Source: Amoebophrya sp. A120
Lineage: Eukaryota > Protista > Dinoflagellata
Assembly: GCA_905178155.1 (NCBI GenBank)
Contig: CAJINV010000004.1
Location: forward strand, 1,713,929-1,777,928
DNA: 64,000 nt
Direction of reading: 5' to 3'
A program made the position numbers and the translations under genes. The number at the start of each line of letters is the position of its first letter. The stretch's first letter is position 1. The notes under the pieces were generated by a model that did no database searches, was not told the DNA's origin, and was given only the letters and a program-made list of their open reading frames with translations. Shown here in pieces: positions 9,238-22,618 of this stretch.

Positions 9238-11465
9238 GTGATTAGTGATCATGTTTGTCTTTTTTCTCACCTCCATACCAGCGTGATTTCTTTCGCCTGG
9301 AACACTTTTTGCTGGCTGGTTTTCGTCTTGCTTTTCGGAATTCCGTTGTGGTTGTTCCTGTTTTGCTGCTTCCTGTTTTGTATGAAATGTAAAAATGTCT
9401 GGGTCTGGAAGAATGCGCGATTTGTCATGCAGCTTTTCCATGACCCATGAGGTCTGGAATGCAGGACATAGCATGACAGATTCTGCGCGATCTTTCCCAT
9501 GCCAATCCTGCATGAGAAACTGCCTCCCGACTTGGTCAAAACTGGACGACTTTTGGTAATCATGCAATACAGATTTTTGCATGCTTCAGATTTAGCATGA
9601 CAAGTTGGATTCTTCCAGACCCAGACATTTTTACAGTTGATATTTTGCTGCGACCCACAGTACAGCATCAACGCGTATTTTAACGAGCCGCCGGACGGGT
9701 ACTTCCTGCGAAACAGCGACTCGAAATATTGAGAGAAAAAATCCCCCCTCCCCATATCGAAAAGGTATGTTTCCGAAAATTTGTCTTGCTGATTTGGGAC
9801 AACAAATCAACACGTCTGTCTTGCAAGAAGACAACCCCGCAGGCTCTGCCGCATTATGCAGGCGGTTCGTGATGCTGCTGGGCCTACAGCATAGTCGTTT
9901 CTCATGCTAAGCGCTGCGCCTAGGCCAAAAGCTCTCTACTCAGGCTCGGCAGGAGCCTGCAGCCCTCTACTGCAAGACAGGCCTGATTTGTATACGCATA
10001 CCCAGCATCAGAAACTCCCTTTTGATATGCGGAGGGGGGATTTTTCCTTTTGATACGAAAGCTGCGGTGGCGAAGGAACTACAGGCGGAAGCGAATCTGT
10101 ACGCTCCGGGGCGGGCGCTGCCGCGGGCAGTGGTGCAAGCAGGGGCTGCATCAGGACAACTAGATGGTGGAGGTGGTGTAGCTGGATCGGTAGGAGTACA
10201 ACTAGGACCGCAGCCAATTTTACCCGCACCTGGAGCTGCAAGAATTCCACCCCAAGACCAGGCCGCGGCCGCGGCATCGCAAGCAGGCCAAAAAGTTCAG
10301 ACAAACGCCACGAACTACTTTACAGCAAGTGCGGTGGAGAATTACGGTTACATGGAGAGTACAAATGCACCGGGAGCAGGTCTTGTTCCATACGCCGCGC
10401 CGCCAGACTCCTCTTTTGTCGCAACCGGAACTTCTGGCACAGCAGCTGCTTCATCAGCAGGCACGGTGAAGACCGCGCTTCAGCAAAGCCGTGCAGTGGT
10501 GGAAGAAGTGCCGCAAAAGCAATCGGCGTCCTCCACCGCATCGGGAACAACTACTGTTGGCACCCGTTCGGTGCCGGCGATACAGCAAATGCCAGTACTG
10601 CAAGAAGACCAAACTGCCCTCGTTTCTGGGCGGACCGATCAAAACGGTGGACTGGCGGGTACGGCCGCGGTAGCAGCAACAGGGAACAATTATATCAAAC
10701 CATCGGGGGCAGGAGCAACAACGAGTAGTGCCGACCCGACTGTCGTGACGAGGAAAACGCGGCGGGCTCTTATCAAATGCAAATATGTCTGGTTCTGGAA
10801 GAATGCAGATTTTTGTCATGCTGTTTTTGCATGACACAGAAAGTCTGTCATGGAAGCCCTAGGAGCATCACAGATCTCGAGAACGTTCCGCAATGCAACC
10901 CCCCTTTTTGGTGACAGAAAACGGAAACCTTTTGCTGCCTATGCATGAGAGATTTGCGCGCGTTGTGGAATTCGCATCACAAATTTTTTGGATCCTTCCA
11001 GACCCAGACATTTTTGCATTTGATAGCTCGCGGAGTAGAAGAACAAGTCCTAACCGGACCTCCATCGGCCAGATTAGGCGAGAATGATGAAAATTATGGA
11101 ACAAATGATCAGCAACAACCGAATGGAAACGTCTTCTTCAGCACGGATGACGGGCAAGCATATTTCTCAAGCGACCAGGTTCGATATGAAGATGGACTGC
11201 AACAGTATCGTACTCGTATAAATGCATATACAAATTTCCTCAGCATGAGAAATAAAGTTTGTATTGCGGATTTGCTATAAGAAAAAGATTTGTAATGCAA
11301 GACTTGCATTTCTACGAGTGCGATACTTCTGCACAGGATATTCGATCCTCCGAGCAGCAAATAAGCGGAGCAGAAGATGACGGATCTGCATCACCGCGGT
11401 TGGCGGGCACGCCGACCGAAGATACGCTGGTACAGGATACGCGAGGGAAAGTTACTCCTTCCTAG
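9238..11465 (+). CDS. Hypothetical protein with one hydrophobic (TM-like) segment and a low-complexity tail; 4 introner introns; start uncertain
   Basis: Frame joins across elements 9381, 9727, 10771 and 11185: FLFC|CDPQY..DSK|AAVAKE..TRRA|RGVEEQ..QVR|SSEQQ..TPS*. Confidence 0.65.
9381..9642. mobile_element. Introner family A
   Basis: DR ttttg/ttttg. Confidence 0.92.
9727..10055. mobile_element. Introner, single-copy family G
   Basis: aaaaatcccccctcc/ggaggggggattttt TIR; DR cgaaa/cgaaa. Confidence 0.85.
10771..11025. mobile_element. Introner family A
   Basis: DR gctct/gctcg. Confidence 0.9.
11185..11340. mobile_element. Introner family B (reverse orientation)
   Basis: DR ttcga/ttcga. Confidence 0.88.
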
Positions 11466-12427
11466 GACCTGTTGAATGTGCTGGTGTTGGTTCCTGTAGA
11501 TCAAGGTACTAGATGTTGACCGTGTAAAAATGATGAAAAGGGGTCTGAGCTTCATGTTTCAACATCTCGTGTGCGACCAAGATTATATCGACGTCGACGA
11601 AAATGTACGATTGTATTAAAATTGATAAAATGTGATACTGAGCACAAACACCGAAAATCAAGCATGTTGCGTCTCGTGATGCGGCGTCATCGCCGCGGCG
11701 GCATCCTCGTGAGGAGCATTTAGTTGGCGGAAAGCTGTCCGAAACTTGGAGCAGCTAATGTTGTTCTTGTGGTTATCATATTGGCATAGGTATTAGTGGG
11801 AGCAGGTCAGCAGATCTCCATTTGCAGAGAAACCATTTTGAGAATGATCCATGAACAATGGCGCGCATGGAACCTATTGTCGTTTTTTTCTGCTTCAATG
11901 ATTTTTTTGGATACACTGCTCACACAACCTGCATCTCGATCTATGTGCTGTCTGGATCTGCATTTTGTGAGGTCTGTGATGACGATCGTTTTTCATCTTG
12001 TAGCTCTTGTGAGATCAGTTTTTCGACGTCATTTTTTTCTTCTCTATTATACCAAGGAAGGACTAGAAGTCCTTCTGGTGTTATTACCTCCGCTTGTGTA
12101 GTGTTGGTCTTGGTTTTCGCTACACTAGTATCTATCTTCTAGTCTAGCTGTAGCCCAGAGGTAGTGCCAGGTGACCACCACCACGCTGTCCTCGTCATAA
12201 AATTGGCCGCTTTACATATGATTCTACACGACGTTGCTTTCTTATTGGCCGTGAAGCATGGCCCTAGTGACGGACGGCACCGGCATCTGGGTAAAACTAA
12301 AACATCATCAACCACTCGATATTATGAGTAAAACCAGAGGAGAACTTAAAATTGCAGTGGGTTGAAATTTTTGTAACTGCCTTGTGCTTGTTCTCTCACT
12401 CTCAGCCAAGTTCAACAAGGCAGCACC

Positions 12428-15400
12428 ATGATCTCCTCACCGGGTCCACATGGAGGACTACTACAACCTGTTGGTGTCCTGGTGCGGCAGAGCAGTGCGT
12501 CATCTTCAAGTGCTTATCCTGTGCAAAAGTATCGTACTCGTAGTAATCGCAATTATGCATTACAAATCTACTTGTTAAGGTAAATCCGCATTACAAATTT
12601 AATATTGTAATGCTGCGCCAATTTGTATTGCGATTTATACTAGTACGATGCTTTTGCAATGCATAGTGCTTCGTCTAGTACAACGTCCGGCAGATGTTGG
12701 CCGTGCAGAGGACGCGATGTCGGCGCGACCTGTCGTCGAGTGAAGGTGTCGTCGACATCAAGTGTGTCTCATCATCTACACGTGCGAAAAAGATCCTCTA
12801 CGCCGGTCCCGCACGACGACCAAGGACACGCAATAAACAGAAGAGCTGCAGCCTTGTTCCGATGTTTCCCCAGCAGATCTTCTGCTTCGCAAGTCCCACG
12901 TCTTCTAGTCGTGGTGGACGAGGACATATTTCTTTCAGATGGGCACCTCCGACAAGGATTGTTTCTTCACAACCTGATGAAAATAAATCCTGTGCTCGGG
13001 AGGTGTACCACAAATATCAATTTTTCATCGCAGAAGCGTTTTTTCTCGAAGAAAAACCGGAAAGAGGACAAGCGATGGCTTTCTCGGGTGGACAACCCGG
13101 TGAAGTATGCCGAGGAGCATATCAAATGCAAAAATGTCTGGATCTGGAAGGATGCAACTTGTGATGCTGAATTTGAATTCGACAAAAATCTGTATTGCGA
13201 GGACAGCAAAAGAGGTCCAGTTTTTGCCACGGCAAGAGGGCATTTCTCATGCGGTATAGGCATCAGGAAGAGGAAGCCCTCACAAAATCTGTGATGCTAG
13301 AGCCTGCGTCACAGACTTCAGGAGTAATGCAAAGTGTGCATGACAGACCTTGCATCCGTCCAGACCCAGACAGTTTTGCATTTGATAGAGCAGTACGGCG
13401 AGCAAAGCCGCTTACAAGACAAGATCGAGGGCCACATGTTCGTGCCCGAGACGCTGTCCGTGCAGCAGCTCGTGCTCCACTGCAGCAAGCTGATGCAGGC
13501 CCGGGATAAGCACACCCCGCAGTTGCTGGACCAGTACGCGAGCCGGTGCTTCGCTCTGTCCAGCATCTTTCAAGCCAAGGACTTGTCTCTCTTGCTAAAC
13601 TGTTTCGCCAAGGCAAGGTATTCGCCCTGGATCCGGGTCTTGAAGCCGGAATTCCGGAGAACGCAAAAAGAAATCCAACGACAGAAGCTGCCCGGAACGA
13701 ACTCGCCCTTGTTGGCAAGGTACGCGGGAGAAGGGTCCGGGGGGTTCAATCCGCTGCAGGGGAATAGAGACGGCATGCTGGAACAAGCAGGGAACAAAAT
13801 AACTACCGACGGCAGCAAGGATAAGGATCAACATCAAGGTCTTCTGCGGGAAGATGAAAATGAAAATGAAGACGGCTACGGGGCGAGCCTGCCAAGTGAC
13901 TATCTGGAGGGCAGACCGTGTTCGCTCGAGCAGAAAAAAAGTGCACACAGCAACACCGGACGAGTTCTTGGCGTCGAAGCAGCTGCTTGTTCCGCCACAT
14001 CGTCCTCTGCCCTAGAACCACCTCTTCCAGACTCCTCGTTAACAACACCCCAACATGACGTCGGTGAAATCGAAAACTCGCAGCACGCGCGAACCAGAAC
14101 GAACCTGCAATCCCTGAATAATTCCACGATCGACTTTGACAAGGACACTCTCCCGCACCCGCTCCTGCTTGCCATCGCCCCGCGGGTGAAACGCGTGTTG
14201 CGCAAAGCCGTGGCGCAGGACTTGGCCCTGTTTTGCAACGCATACGCCAAATTGCAAATCCGCTGCCTGTACGTAGTGCAGAAGTGATATCGCACTACTA
14301 GGTAGTGAAAAAGAAAACTCGAACTGCATGATTTACAAACTTGCGCAGCAGCATATAATGATAAATGTAAATCAAATTTGTCTTGCCGATTTACATTTAG
14401 TGTGGAAAGGCAAAGGAGCTTTTCTGTCATAATGCTTAACGACCGCAAGTAGTACGAGTGCGACACTTTTGCATAGGATAGCCTGCCGGTCTTTAAGTGG
14501 TTGTCAGCGGAGATCCCGCACAAACTGACGTTTTTTGATATGGCGTCCTCAAATGTTACACTCAGTCACTGCTGTTACATGAAGTTGGAAAAATGCAAGA
14601 ACTGATTCCTGTGGTATAAAATGAAAGCGGGGCGCCGGCGCTTGCGCGTCATGCTCCACAGATGATTTGGCAAGGATTTCAATGCTTGCTGGCGCATGAG
14701 AAACTTTTCATGCGAAGTGGAAGCAAGTTGTAGCTGGATCGATCGTGTGAAGAGTCGCCTTAGTTGTAATTTTGCATGACAAATTCAAATCACGTGTCTT
14801 ATCAGCGACTAAGTGATGTAGCGTTCTTTGAAAGTGCCATATTTGAACCGCAACACCTCGCCATGGTTGCGTCGGCCTTCGCGAACTTGCAGATCCCCGA
14901 TAGACTGTTGATGGGCGAGATTCGGACGGAGATCCTGCAACGCCGGCCCGAAGATTTCGAGATGTCGCAGATCGTCATTCTGGCGAGTGCGTATGCGAAG
15001 GTGAAAGGGAATTTCTACGCGCAGAAAGAAATCATGCTGATGCGGACGAGAAATAGTTTGTTAAGGTTGAACAAACTAGGTAGTGTTGGACGGCATAATT
15101 CCCAGGGACTGGGACACGGACAGCAGCAACAACTTCTGCAAGATTCAGGAAGCTGCACGGCTGCCAGCGGTTCTGATTTACTGCGAACGACGAGGTTGGA
15201 ACTATTAAATGAGGACCCGGCTACGAAGGACTACGGTGCTGAGGACGAGATAATTGCGCAGGGAAATCATGATGTAGTTGACCCTAAAAATGCGAATGAT
15301 TTTCCTTCTGCAAATCCGAAAAGTAGTAGTTATACCAGTGCAGGAGATCTGACAGACTCTTCCTCCGAGGAACAGGATCTCTTCCGTTTCGCCGCCGAGT

Positions 15401-18400
15401 TTGTGATCGAGAACCCGACGGATTTGACGTTTGCACACTGTTATCAAACGCAAATACTTATCTCTGGGCGCCGGGAAGGCTGTGTAACTGAAATCTGCCA
15501 TGCAGGTTCCGCATGGCCCAGAAGATCTTGAATAAGAAGCCACCCTCCGAAAGTGAGTGAGTTTTATTCCTGCTCACGCAATACATTTTTTTGTATAAGA
15601 ATAGAACCCAGACCCAGCAGAGCAAACTCAAACTGGAACTCTTCCACTACAGACGTCCAGGGATAATGTTTGCAATGCATAACTGCATTGGCGGCTTGAA
15701 CGCATTTTCAAAGACGAGTCTGTGGCCCGCGGTGCTGCCGGTACTAGTAGATGAGTTGACTGCTCTGTCGAGACCGCGGAGGTGGACAGATCTGCACCAT
15801 GATGACCCTTGCACGACCAGCATGTCAAGAACTTCTGCTCGTTCCAAATGGACACTTTTCGACGTGGGCACGGTTTGCGCCGCATTCCGGAGGATTTTCG
15901 CGCAGTTTCCGAGAATAGAGCAGTTGCACAAGAACGGAGACGAGAGTGGAAAATTCATGCCGGCGACCTCCACACGTGGGGCGGGAAAAGAACCAGAGCC
16001 CGATCTCTACACAGGTGAATTGATGTCCACAGGAAGTAGTTCAAGCGGAAAAAATGTTCACCAAATTGCAGCTGAAGAGGGTACTAGCAGGGCTTTTTCT
16101 TATTCAGAGGATGACGATTTTGACGACGTTAGCTATATGGAGGACGAGCTGCAGGAAGGATATAAAAATTCTGCACACGACGTCGACCACAATCGACGCA
16201 CGTCGAAGCCCGGCGAACAAAACGACCGAGCCACGGTGCTATCTCCTGAGGAGCTGATCTATTACAACCTCGCCATCGATGGGTGGACGCGCGTGTGGGA
16301 CTTATTTCACAAGCACTCCCTGGTTTTGCACGACCCGTTAGTGTATCAACAAGGCAGTGATCATCTAGAAGTTGTACTGGAGACAACTACTACGAGTGAA
16401 CACGGCCGCGGCTGTGCACCTTTAGCTACATCTAGCGGCACACAATCATCGAAAGAACCCAACACCCGAAGAACACAAGAACAACCGCGCTTATTAACAC
16501 AAGCCAAACTTTCGGAGCAGCTTGACAGCTTCCTGCCGTGCACATTTCTCGCTCTGGCGCAGCTGTGCGCCGACGTGCGGGTGCCTGTTGTGACGTCGTC
16601 TTTCAGTTGTATTGCAGGCCCGGCGACGAGCAGCTGCGTCCCTCCAACTTCAGCCTCGGCACATTTCGAATTGACGAAGTGGCTTTTCGATTTGGTGGAC
16701 GCAAAAGCGGACCGCGTATCCTCGAGCGCAGCTGGTGGTGCTTCTAGTAGTTGTACTCCTTCGGGCACCAGAGCTGCAAGAACCGGAGCTAGTAGTACTT
16801 CTTCATTTTGGAACTCTTTCGACACGCCCTTTGTCCTGTCCTCTTCCTTATCAAATGCAAATATGTCTGAGTCTGGAAACTTGTAATGCTGGAAGTGAAT
16901 GAGGGTTCCACTGCAATACGGAGCCAAGCATGACAAATTTTTCGGCGCCTATGTGTTGCGTTTTCCGCATGGCAAACTGCGTTTTTGCATGACAGGTAAG
17001 AGGACCGCTTCGCGCCTATGCAGCACAAATTCTTGAGTCATGTCAGACATGCATGACAAATGTAGCGATCTCGCAGACCCAGACACTTTTGCAATCCATA
17101 ATCCTTAACTGCGTTGGCGAAGCTTCACGGTCGAGTTGCACATGCTGATCTGGGTGAGGTAGAGCTGCGAGAGGAACACGAAGTAGAACTCCAAAAATTC
17201 ACACCACGGTCACCTCCTGGCGAGCAGGAACAACAAATTGAACTGCAGAGAAGGAGCTCGAGCTGCATGAGGAAAGAAGGCCTGCAGCTCCGCATTCGGA
17301 AAGTGGGGATGCTTTTGGGAAAGCGGGCAGCCACGATGTTGACCAAGCAAAAACTCGAAATCAGCAGTCAACAAGCAGGTGTTCCGGCTACAACTAGCGA
17401 AGACGAGCAAGAGATGAGGAAAACTTCGACAATCTCCACTGCAAGAACGCCCGCTTTCCAGGCTATCGGCAGTGCGGAGGTGCTATGCACTGCAAAAGTA
17501 TCGTATTTGTATAAATGCATTACAAATTTTCTCTTCATGAGAAATAAAATTTGTAATGCGGATTTGACTTAACAAAAAGATTTGTAATGCATGACTGCAA
17601 TACGAGTACGATAGTTTTGCACAGGATAGGTGCTGGAGTTTGACACACAGAATCCCCACATTGGGGTTCTGAAACACGAACCGGTGCATTATCATTTGTA
17701 AAAACGTCCCTACCCCAGAGTTGTGATGCAGATTTGCAATGGCAGGAGCATTTGTATTGCGCATCTCCATGAGAGGCGTTTGTAGTCATGTTTTGCGATT
17801 TGTAATGCTGTCACCAGGATAAGCAGATGGATTTGAGATGCGTTTGTCGTTGCTAACCTGCACTACACTACGGACTGCAACTTGTGATGCGTGAGTCCCA
17901 AAGCTTCTAGGTTTGTGTTGCAAAATCCCCAGGTTGACTCTGGGGAGGTGGGGACGTTTTTACTCAGGATATGCAGAACGAGAAAAGTTTTTCGCTACCG
18001 GATTTGTGCAACATCCTGCACGCGCTCGGGAAATTGAAGATCAAATCCAAGATATCCCACGAAAAAACTGTTTCACTGTGATGATTTTGCAAGATTTGCA
18101 TCACAAGTTTGTTACACATGACAAAGAAAACTTGGCATGCGTGCTTCCTAAGGGAAAACACAGCGAAAAATCCAATGTCTTGCATGTGTAGCAAGACAAA
18201 CACATTTGCGTTTGGTTCTATGCATCACAAGTTTACAGTGAAACAGTTTTTTCTTGCGATACAAGATCTTGCTCTACCTCTGCTGCCACAAAATGCTGTA
18301 TCCTGTGCAAAACTATCGTACTCGTATTGCAATCATGCATTTACAAATTTTTTTCCGAAGCTAAATCCACATTCCTCATGCTGAGGAAATTTGTAATGCA

Positions 18401-18965
18401 TTTATACGAGTGCGATACTTTTGCAATGCATATGCTGCAGCCGAAGACAAACCGACTTGTGAAGCAGCTGGACGGCAGAAGCGTATTGAAGTTGGTGATC
18501 GGACTGGCAAAATTGTACCCGAAAAATGACGCAAAGGATTTTACATCACCTTTGGACGCTGTAGAAGTAGTTGCGAGAAGTTGTAGACGGCACGGGACGA
18601 GGACCCCAACTACAACAACTTCGAATTATGACAGCAGTGGTTCATCATCCTCCCCTACCGCCTCCTCGGAGGAAGACGAAATGATCCGGCGGTTGCTACT
18701 GCTCGTCGTGAAACCGGTGTTGCAAAGCACGCCCTTGCACCTCGAGACGGAACAAGTCGCGCTGAACAAGGCTCTTTTTACGTTGGGGCACTTCGACGAA
18801 ATGTTTGGACTTTTCGAGGAGATGAATTCTAGCAATTCCTATCGCCCTCGCGACTACAATAGGGTGGCACAGGAACACCAGAGGCCGCGAGAGGTGCAGA
18901 CCGGTAGTAGCGAGCAGAATGGTGCGCTGCGGTATGGCCAGCACGTGGTCACGTCACATGCGTAG
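12428..18965 (+). CDS. Helical-repeat (RAP/FASTK-associated, HPR/OPR-like) putative organellar RNA-binding protein; 10 introner introns
   Basis: Continuous frame after removing 10 elements; repeated motifs AKDLSLLLNCFAK, AQDLALFCNAYAKL, EPQHLAMVASAFANL, EMSQIVILASAYAKV, SLPDLCNILHALGKL, GRSVLKLVIGLAKL; R/S-rich N-terminus. Confidence 0.7.
12515..12665. mobile_element. Introner family B
   Basis: DR gtgct/gtgct. Confidence 0.9.
13120..13387. mobile_element. Introner family A (reverse orientation)
   Basis: DR gagca/gagca. Confidence 0.92.
14270..14480. mobile_element. Introner family B-like (diverged)
   Basis: DR gcctg/gcctg. Confidence 0.82.
14539..14841. mobile_element. Introner family C-like (diverged)
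   Basis: DR tttga/tttga. Confidence 0.82.
15442..15681. mobile_element. Introner family A-like (diverged)
   Basis: DR actgt/actgc. Confidence 0.8.
16849..17100. mobile_element. Introner family A
   Basis: DR ttcct/atcct. Confidence 0.85.
17484..17628. mobile_element. Introner family B (reverse)
   Basis: DR ggtgc/ggtgc; GT-AG register 17480-17629. Confidence 0.92.
17690..17971. mobile_element. Introner family F (TIR tatcctgagtaaaaacgtcccc)
   Basis: DR tgcat/tgcag. Confidence 0.85.
18053..18261. mobile_element. Introner family D
   Basis: gaaaaaactgtttcactgt TIR; DR caaga/caaga. Confidence 0.9.
18299..18432. mobile_element. Introner family B
   Basis: DR tgctg/tgctg. Confidence 0.9.
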
Positions 18966-19752
18966 GGGGACATAAAATTGTGCTGTTGAGCGTAGGAGGG
19001 GAAGCGCTTGCTTCGGTCCAAATAAAAAAGCTTATCTTTTTCACGTGCAGCTGTTTCTTCTTTCGCGAGGCATACAGAGTAAATATCACGGTCCTCTTAG
19101 ATGAAATCAAATGTCGCCCCGTGTGATTGACGTTGTTTCATCCGTTGATGGTGTGATCCCCCGTGTTGTTGCGCCGGGTCACTTGTACTTGACGGCGCTT
19201 CGCCGGACTGATTTCTGCAAGTACCTGCTACAAGTTGACGCCGTCGCATTGCTTTCAGAACCAGAAGATCTTAGTGCAGGATGAAAACTGCTGATGTAAA
19301 AGAATAGCTTGAAGGTAGATCATCATTACAGCTGCGTTGAAAGATCAATAATAGTCGTACTACAGCAATCGTCGTCAATAAGGCGAATAGGAATACAATC
19401 GACGACGAGGAGGACGATACAATTGCCATGAGGTTGATCTGACGCAAAAACGTTCTCGACCGCCAGCACCCGAACATGGGGGCATCTTTTTTTTTGAAAT
19501 TCCTGCTTTCTTCATGATCCAAGCATCCAAGCATGTAAGTACTTACTCGTTCCCCTAGCTGTAGGTAGTTTGTTGCATTGACTTTTACACCAAGTTGACT
19601 GCTCACGCAGACGAATGTGAACAGGCGCAACCGCGGGCCAATCCAGAGTAACGCAGCCCCAGATTACCTAGATTGATAGCACGACCGCATTGCAGCCCTA
19701 GTGCCGCTTTCGTCTCTTAGCAGTGACTGGTTCGAAGATCAAGACCAACATA

Positions 19753-22618
19753 ATGGTTCTGGTACAACTACCCACGTCCCTACGCGCAGGGCTTTCAAGG
19801 TCCTCCTCCGCAGCTCCATCATGGCCACTCTTCTCGACTATTTTTGGAGCTCCGACCACTCCGAGGGCAAGTTGGAGGGCACCGAGTTCTCCAGGGGTTG
19901 ACGCGCCACCAGTGGCACTACGGCGCAATCGTGATGCGTTTTATTTTCGACCTGCTGCGATAACTAAAACTATTACTAGGGGAATATTTTTTGCAACAGG
20001 ACGAGGGGACAAGAAGAACTCCTCTACATCTTGCGGTTCTACCACCACCGCGAAAGGAAGACGTGTGTCGCTAATGTTACCCCCGCAATTGAATGAGAGT
20101 GATCTTCTTCTTCCAAGTATTGCATTCGGACCCGCGCAAGCAAACGCAAAGTTCTGCAACATCACGCCCTTCCAAGAACTTTCGAAAATGCAGATTTCAT
20201 CTCGCAGGTTGTTCAGTTCATCGCCGCTGTCAGGGACACCGATACGTACTGGCGCCGCTTCTGGACCTACAGCAACCTCACCCCCGCAATCTTCTGCGCC
20301 ATCGGGAACAGCACGAGAACATGAACAAGCGACAATAGACGATAGTATTACTAAAATGCAGAAGAACATCCAGTATCCAGTGCAAATATGTCTGGGTCTT
20401 GAAGAAGAGTAGGACTTGTAATGGCTGTCTTGCAACATTCCTGGAAGGCGAAAGCCTGTGTTGCGTGAGCAGCAAAAGAGCAGCTTCCTTTGTCATACAA
20501 AACCGAACTTTGTCATGCGGGCTAGTCATGATCAAAAAGCGTTCCAAAAACTTGTCATGGTCAGCTGCCAAAAATGCAATGCGCAGCAATCTATCATGCG
20601 CATTCAGCATCACGGGTTTCCAGACCCAGACATATTTGCACCGCACATACAGAACGACGCAGCAAGTCCGAGTACTAGCACAACCACTTCCACCAGCTCC
20701 ATCCCCGTCGAAGTCCTGCAGACCCAAGTGACCGACCTGCAGACCCTATGCACTGCAAAAGTATCGTACTCGTATAAATGCATTACAAATTTCCTCAGCA
20801 TGAGAAATAAAATTTGTAATGCTGATTTACCTTGACAAGCAGATTTGTAATGCATGATTGCAATACGAGTACGATACTTTTGCACAGGATAGACCCGGGT
20901 CGAGAAGCTGGAGAAAACAGCTAAGTCTGCCATATGGCGTTCGCAAACGCTATATTCTCAACTGTTACATGAATTTGTAATGCAAGAATGCCAAAAGTGC
21001 AAGGGTGAAGATTGCGCCTTTTGCATTACAGGTTTGGCACAGATTTAGATGCTGTTTAAGTAGCCCTTTGGAAATTTGTCATGCGAAGCAGCTTGATGAT
21101 AGTGATACTGATGAGAGTTTTACATGACAAATTCACGCACCACTTGAGAGTGTAACGTTTGAGAACCCCAAATCCCAAGTCCGCAGGTTTTCTCGCGAGG
21201 TTCATGAGCTTTTTCCAGGAGTACGGTACGCCTTTCATCATCTACTTATCAAGTGCAAAAATGTCTGGGTCTGGAAGGGTTGAAACTTGTGATGCAAACT
21301 CTGGAACGCACAAAAATTTGTGTTGCATGAGCGCCAAAAGCTGCTGTCCATTTCTTGGCACGTAAGTAGGAAGTTTCTCATGCGGGACAGGCATCATGAC
21401 GCTTGCTCAAATCCTGTGATGCTTTTGCCTGCATCAGACGCCATTTGCGTGATCCGAAACATGCATGACAAATCTCGCAATCTTCCAGACCCAGACATTT
21501 TTACATTTGATACTACTACGGGGTCGCGTATTGCGGAATGTTCGTAGGGTTTCTCGCGCTGTTTCAACTAGAAACTATGCCAGTGCACAACTGCTTCTGT
21601 CTCTCCTCATTTGTTATGCTGAAAGAACGCAATTCCATACGATGTCGATGCGTTGCCTGGTGTCGGGACTGACTGGCATGACAAGTTTCAGCTTCATCTC
21701 GAACAACACTTCTTCTAGGATCCGCAGGTAGATTTGTTATGCAGAGCATGCATCTCATTCTCATTCTCATCTCCATCTGCCACCCTTTCTTGCTAGTTCG
21801 CCATAAAATTTCAAATGGGTAGGAGTGGAGGTCATGATTGTGCAATCTGACAGAAATCCTCCCGGATCCGTTGGATTTGCTGGACCAGTTTGGGTTCGAG
21901 CTGCCGGAGTCGCTATCCAAGTTGAAAATGACCTGTTTTAGTGTGTTAAGTCTGTGTATGTACAAACACTACAGTAGCGATGACGTATGCGTGTCCACAT
22001 GTTAGCTGCGCATGAGGATGAGTAGCTTTCTTTGTCGTGCAGAGTAAATTTTTGATGCTAGCACTGTCCAACTCCAAGAGTGCTATGCCAACATGCACAC
22101 AATTTTTTTCCTGGATAGTCGCTGCTCAGCAGGGTCGAACGGGGTGGCGTCGGAGGCGGTGAAGATGATAACAACGGGCCTGATGGAAGAAACGATGCAT
22201 CGGTGGGAACACCCATATGGGATTGTTCTCAACTGTTACATTCTCAACTGCTATATGATTTGTCATGCAAAATGAGCATCAACATCCACACAGGGAAGCT
22301 ACTTCGCATGACAAATTTTGGAAAGGCGAAACAGCGCCTAATTTGTGCGGAATTTGTCATGCTAAAGGTGCAACCTCCCTGCTTTGACTTTTGCCAACAT
22401 TCTTGCATTACAAATTCATGTAACAGTTGAGAATGTAACACTTGAAAACCTCATAACCCAGTCCAAGCAAGCGCCCACTCTCCGAACGTGTCGACCCCTT
22501 CTGGCTGCGAGTTTTGGTCTCGTTCGTACTAAACGAGGCGCTCGAGGTACCCAGATTCTTGCTGGTCGCAGCCACGTTCAAACCGCTGCTGGCACTGTTC
22601 CAGAAGCTGAAACGGTAG
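19753..22618 (+). CDS. DUF1279/FAM210-like mitochondrial membrane protein; 7 introner introns
   Basis: Spliced product contains RFMSFFQEYGTPFIIYYGVAYCGMFVGFLALF and VLVSFVLNEALEVPRFLLVAATFKPL, resembling the DUF1279 pattern; transit-peptide-like N-terminus. Confidence 0.7.
20374..20647. mobile_element. Introner family A
   Basis: DR tccag/tacag. Confidence 0.82.
20747..20891. mobile_element. Introner family B (reverse)
   Basis: DR gaccc/gaccc. Confidence 0.92.
20933..21172. mobile_element. Introner family C (reverse)
   Basis: DR tgcca/tccca. Confidence 0.85.
21247..21512. mobile_element. Introner family A (reverse)
   Basis: DR ctact/ctact. Confidence 0.92.
21576..21852. mobile_element. Introner family I-like (diverged)
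   Basis: tgcacaa/ttgtgca termini; DR gaaac/gaaat. Confidence 0.7.
21914..22117. mobile_element. Introner family D-like
   Basis: DR gtcgc/gtcgc. Confidence 0.8.
22216..22455. mobile_element. Introner family C
   Basis: DR accca/accca. Confidence 0.9.
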
